Shown here in pieces: positions 30,752 to 32,000 of a stretch of DNA of 32,000 nucleotides. Position numbers and translations under genes: made by a program. Source of the DNA: Pyrodictium abyssi (GTDB taxonomy: Archaea; Thermoproteota; Thermoprotei_A; Sulfolobales; Pyrodictiaceae); the NCBI RefSeq assembly GCF_036323395.1, contig NZ_AP028907.1:1680001-1712000 (forward strand), given 5' to 3'. Each line of letters begins with the position of its first letter. Position 1 is the first letter of the stretch. The notes below the pieces were generated by a model that did not search any database, was not told the origin of the DNA, and was given only the letters and a program-made list of their open reading frames with translations.

Positions 30752-32000
30752 CTAGTGCTCTATACGCTTCTTCATGCCCCATGGCCACCAGGCGTGTCTG
30801 CCTAGTATCGAGACTACTAGTGGTGTCAGCAGGTATGCGGACATCAAGCCTGCAAGCAGCACTGTCGCTGCTAGCGTGAAGCCCATCTCCTGCATACCGA
30901 TATTGCTGGCCGTGAGCATTGAGGCGTAAGCGCTGGTTACTACGAGCGATAGCCCTACTATGAAGAGGCTTACCGCGCCAGCGGCCCTAGCTACTGCTTT
31001 CTTAGGGTCGCAGCCCGTGCGGTGGCACTCTTCTAGCGCTCTCGCTAGGAAGAAGCTGTTATAGTCCATACCGACTCCTAGCACCGCCATCATGGAGACT
31101 ATGTGGAGGAACCATACCACCTGCTTGCCCATAGCCTCCTGGAATACCAGTATGCTCGCCGTTATACCCATCATGGCCGCGCCCATTATAACCGCTAGCG
31201 CCGCTATGCTCGCGACTAAACTGCCGAATATCGCGGTGAATACCAGCACCATTAGCAGGCTCGCCGCCGGGAGGATGCGGTAGTAGTAGCGCTGGTGGAG
31301 CAGCTCGTCCATCTCTAGCACTCCGTAGGGCGCGCCGCCCACGTATACCTCGAAGCCGTGTTGCTCTGCATAGTTGTGGGCTATTCGGTGTATCTCCCTG
31401 ATAGCGTCTTCTCCCTCGCGGCTGTAGGGGTCTACGCCGAGCAGCACTTGGATGACTGCTATTCTCCCGTCCTCGCTGGTTAGCCGGGTGCCTCCGGCCT
31501 TCCTGGCCTCCTCTAGGCCCGTCTTGGCGCCGGTAGGCCTCGTAGGCGCCATCACCTTTGCTACTCCCGGCACCGAGGCTATCTCCTCGGTTAGCTCGTC
31601 GACCATGGCTGCTACCGTCTTATCGCTCCAGAGGCTGCGGGGTAGCACCGCCACGACGTAGACGGGGTCTGAGGCGCCTGGCATGAACTCCTTCTTGAGG
31701 ACATCGAAGGCTTCTAGCGCGGGGGCGTCGCTCGGGAGCATCAGCTTCATGTCGTGGCTGCCCTTGAAGTTCACGTAGAAGTAGCCAGATACCAGTATCA
31801 GGGCAGCCATAGCCGCTAGCAGCGGCACCTCATAGCGCAGCAGCGCCTTCATCACCCGGCTCTCCCGGTCCACATGCCTCTCCTTGCTCGGCCTCCTCGG
31901 CCACCAGAACCAGCTGCGGCCGCCCACGAGCGCTAGCAGTGCTGGCACGAGGGTGAGGCTCGCGAACGCCGTGGCTGCTACTGTTATCGGTATAGCCTCG
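30752..32000 (-). CDS. MMPL/RND-superfamily membrane transporter, C-terminal half (partial, continues past the right edge)
   Basis: The track ORF is 30752..31948, but the frame stays open to base 32000 (…EAIPITVAATAFASLTLVPALLALVGGRSWFWWP). That is the typical end of a first MMPL TM bundle, followed by a second soluble loop and TM bundle (GVGMDYNSFFLARALEE). Confidence 0.8.
   Translation of the reverse strand, partial: EAIPITVAATAFASLTLVPALLALVGGRSWFWWPRRPSKERHVDRESRVMKALLRYEVPLLAAMAALILVSGYFYVNFKGSHDMKLMLPSDAPALEAFDVLKKEFMPGASDPVYVVAVLPRSLWSDKTVAAMVDELTEEIASVPGVAKVMAPTRPTGAKTGLEEARKAGGTRLTSEDGRIAVIQVLLGVDPYSREGEDAIREIHRIAHNYAEQHGFEVYVGGAPYGVLEMDELLHQRYYYRILPAASLLMVLVFTAIFGSLVASIAALAVIMGAAMMGITASILVFQEAMGKQVVWFLHIVSMMAVLGVGMDYNSFFLARALEECHRTGCDPKKAVARAAGAVSLFIVGLSLVVTSAYASMLTASNIGMQEMGFTLAATVLLAGLMSAYLLTPLVVSILGRHAWWPWGMKKRIEH

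Noticed and set aside
1-32000. Search for CRISPR arrays, tRNA/rRNA genes, IS elements or integrases
   Set aside because: I saw no regularly spaced direct repeats, no T-loop/acceptor-stem pattern (GTTCRANYC with a matching 7-bp stem), no rRNA-like stretches, and no DDE/tyrosine-recombinase-like ORFs. The AT-rich patch at 19-20.4 kb has no detectable flanking direct repeats beyond promoter-like TAACCCC..TTATA motifs.

Overview
High-GC, gene-dense archaeal chromosomal segment. There are about 35 credible CDS on both strands, and I could recognise no rRNA, tRNA, CRISPR array, transposase or integrase. TATA-like boxes lie roughly 20-30 nt upstream of several start codons, which suggests leaderless mRNAs. 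GTG/TTG starts and TAG stops are frequent, and an ESCRT-III/Snf7 gene is present. Together these suggest a hyperthermophilic crenarchaeon of the Desulfurococcales/Aeropyrum type (inference only). Most content is housekeeping or transport: PadR regulator, CPBP protease, YbjQ, UspA, DHH phosphoesterase, PfpI protease, a four-gene CUT1-type sugar ABC operon, thrC, trmI, an M48-like protease, endonuclease IV, ACT-MgtE, pyrH, a GlmU-like nucleotidyltransferase, an ArsA-like ATPase, cstA, an M20 peptidase and a partial MMPL transporter. Five places deserve a second look. (1) At 19.0-21.6 kb a visibly AT-richer patch carries a TasA/AbpA-type secreted subunit with a SipW-class signal peptide. It is followed by a signal peptidase I domain fused to a large polytopic membrane domain, so this is a candidate archaeal TasA-like fibre/pilus locus with unusual architecture. 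(2) At 13045-13344 a gene-free 300 nt is packed with nested helices and k-turn (box C/D-like) motifs, a structured RNA that I cannot assign to a family. (3) At 23.1-24.0 kb a small ORF overlaps an AbiEii-like nucleotidyltransferase ORF behind a tandem-repeat operator, a candidate toxin-antitoxin/abortive-infection module. (4) An orphan ESCRT-III paralogue is flanked by uncharacterised genes and by an ArsA-like ATPase with a small partner. (5) A perfect 26-bp palindrome lies in a divergent promoter. All functional calls rest on motifs read by eye from the supplied translations; no database search was possible.
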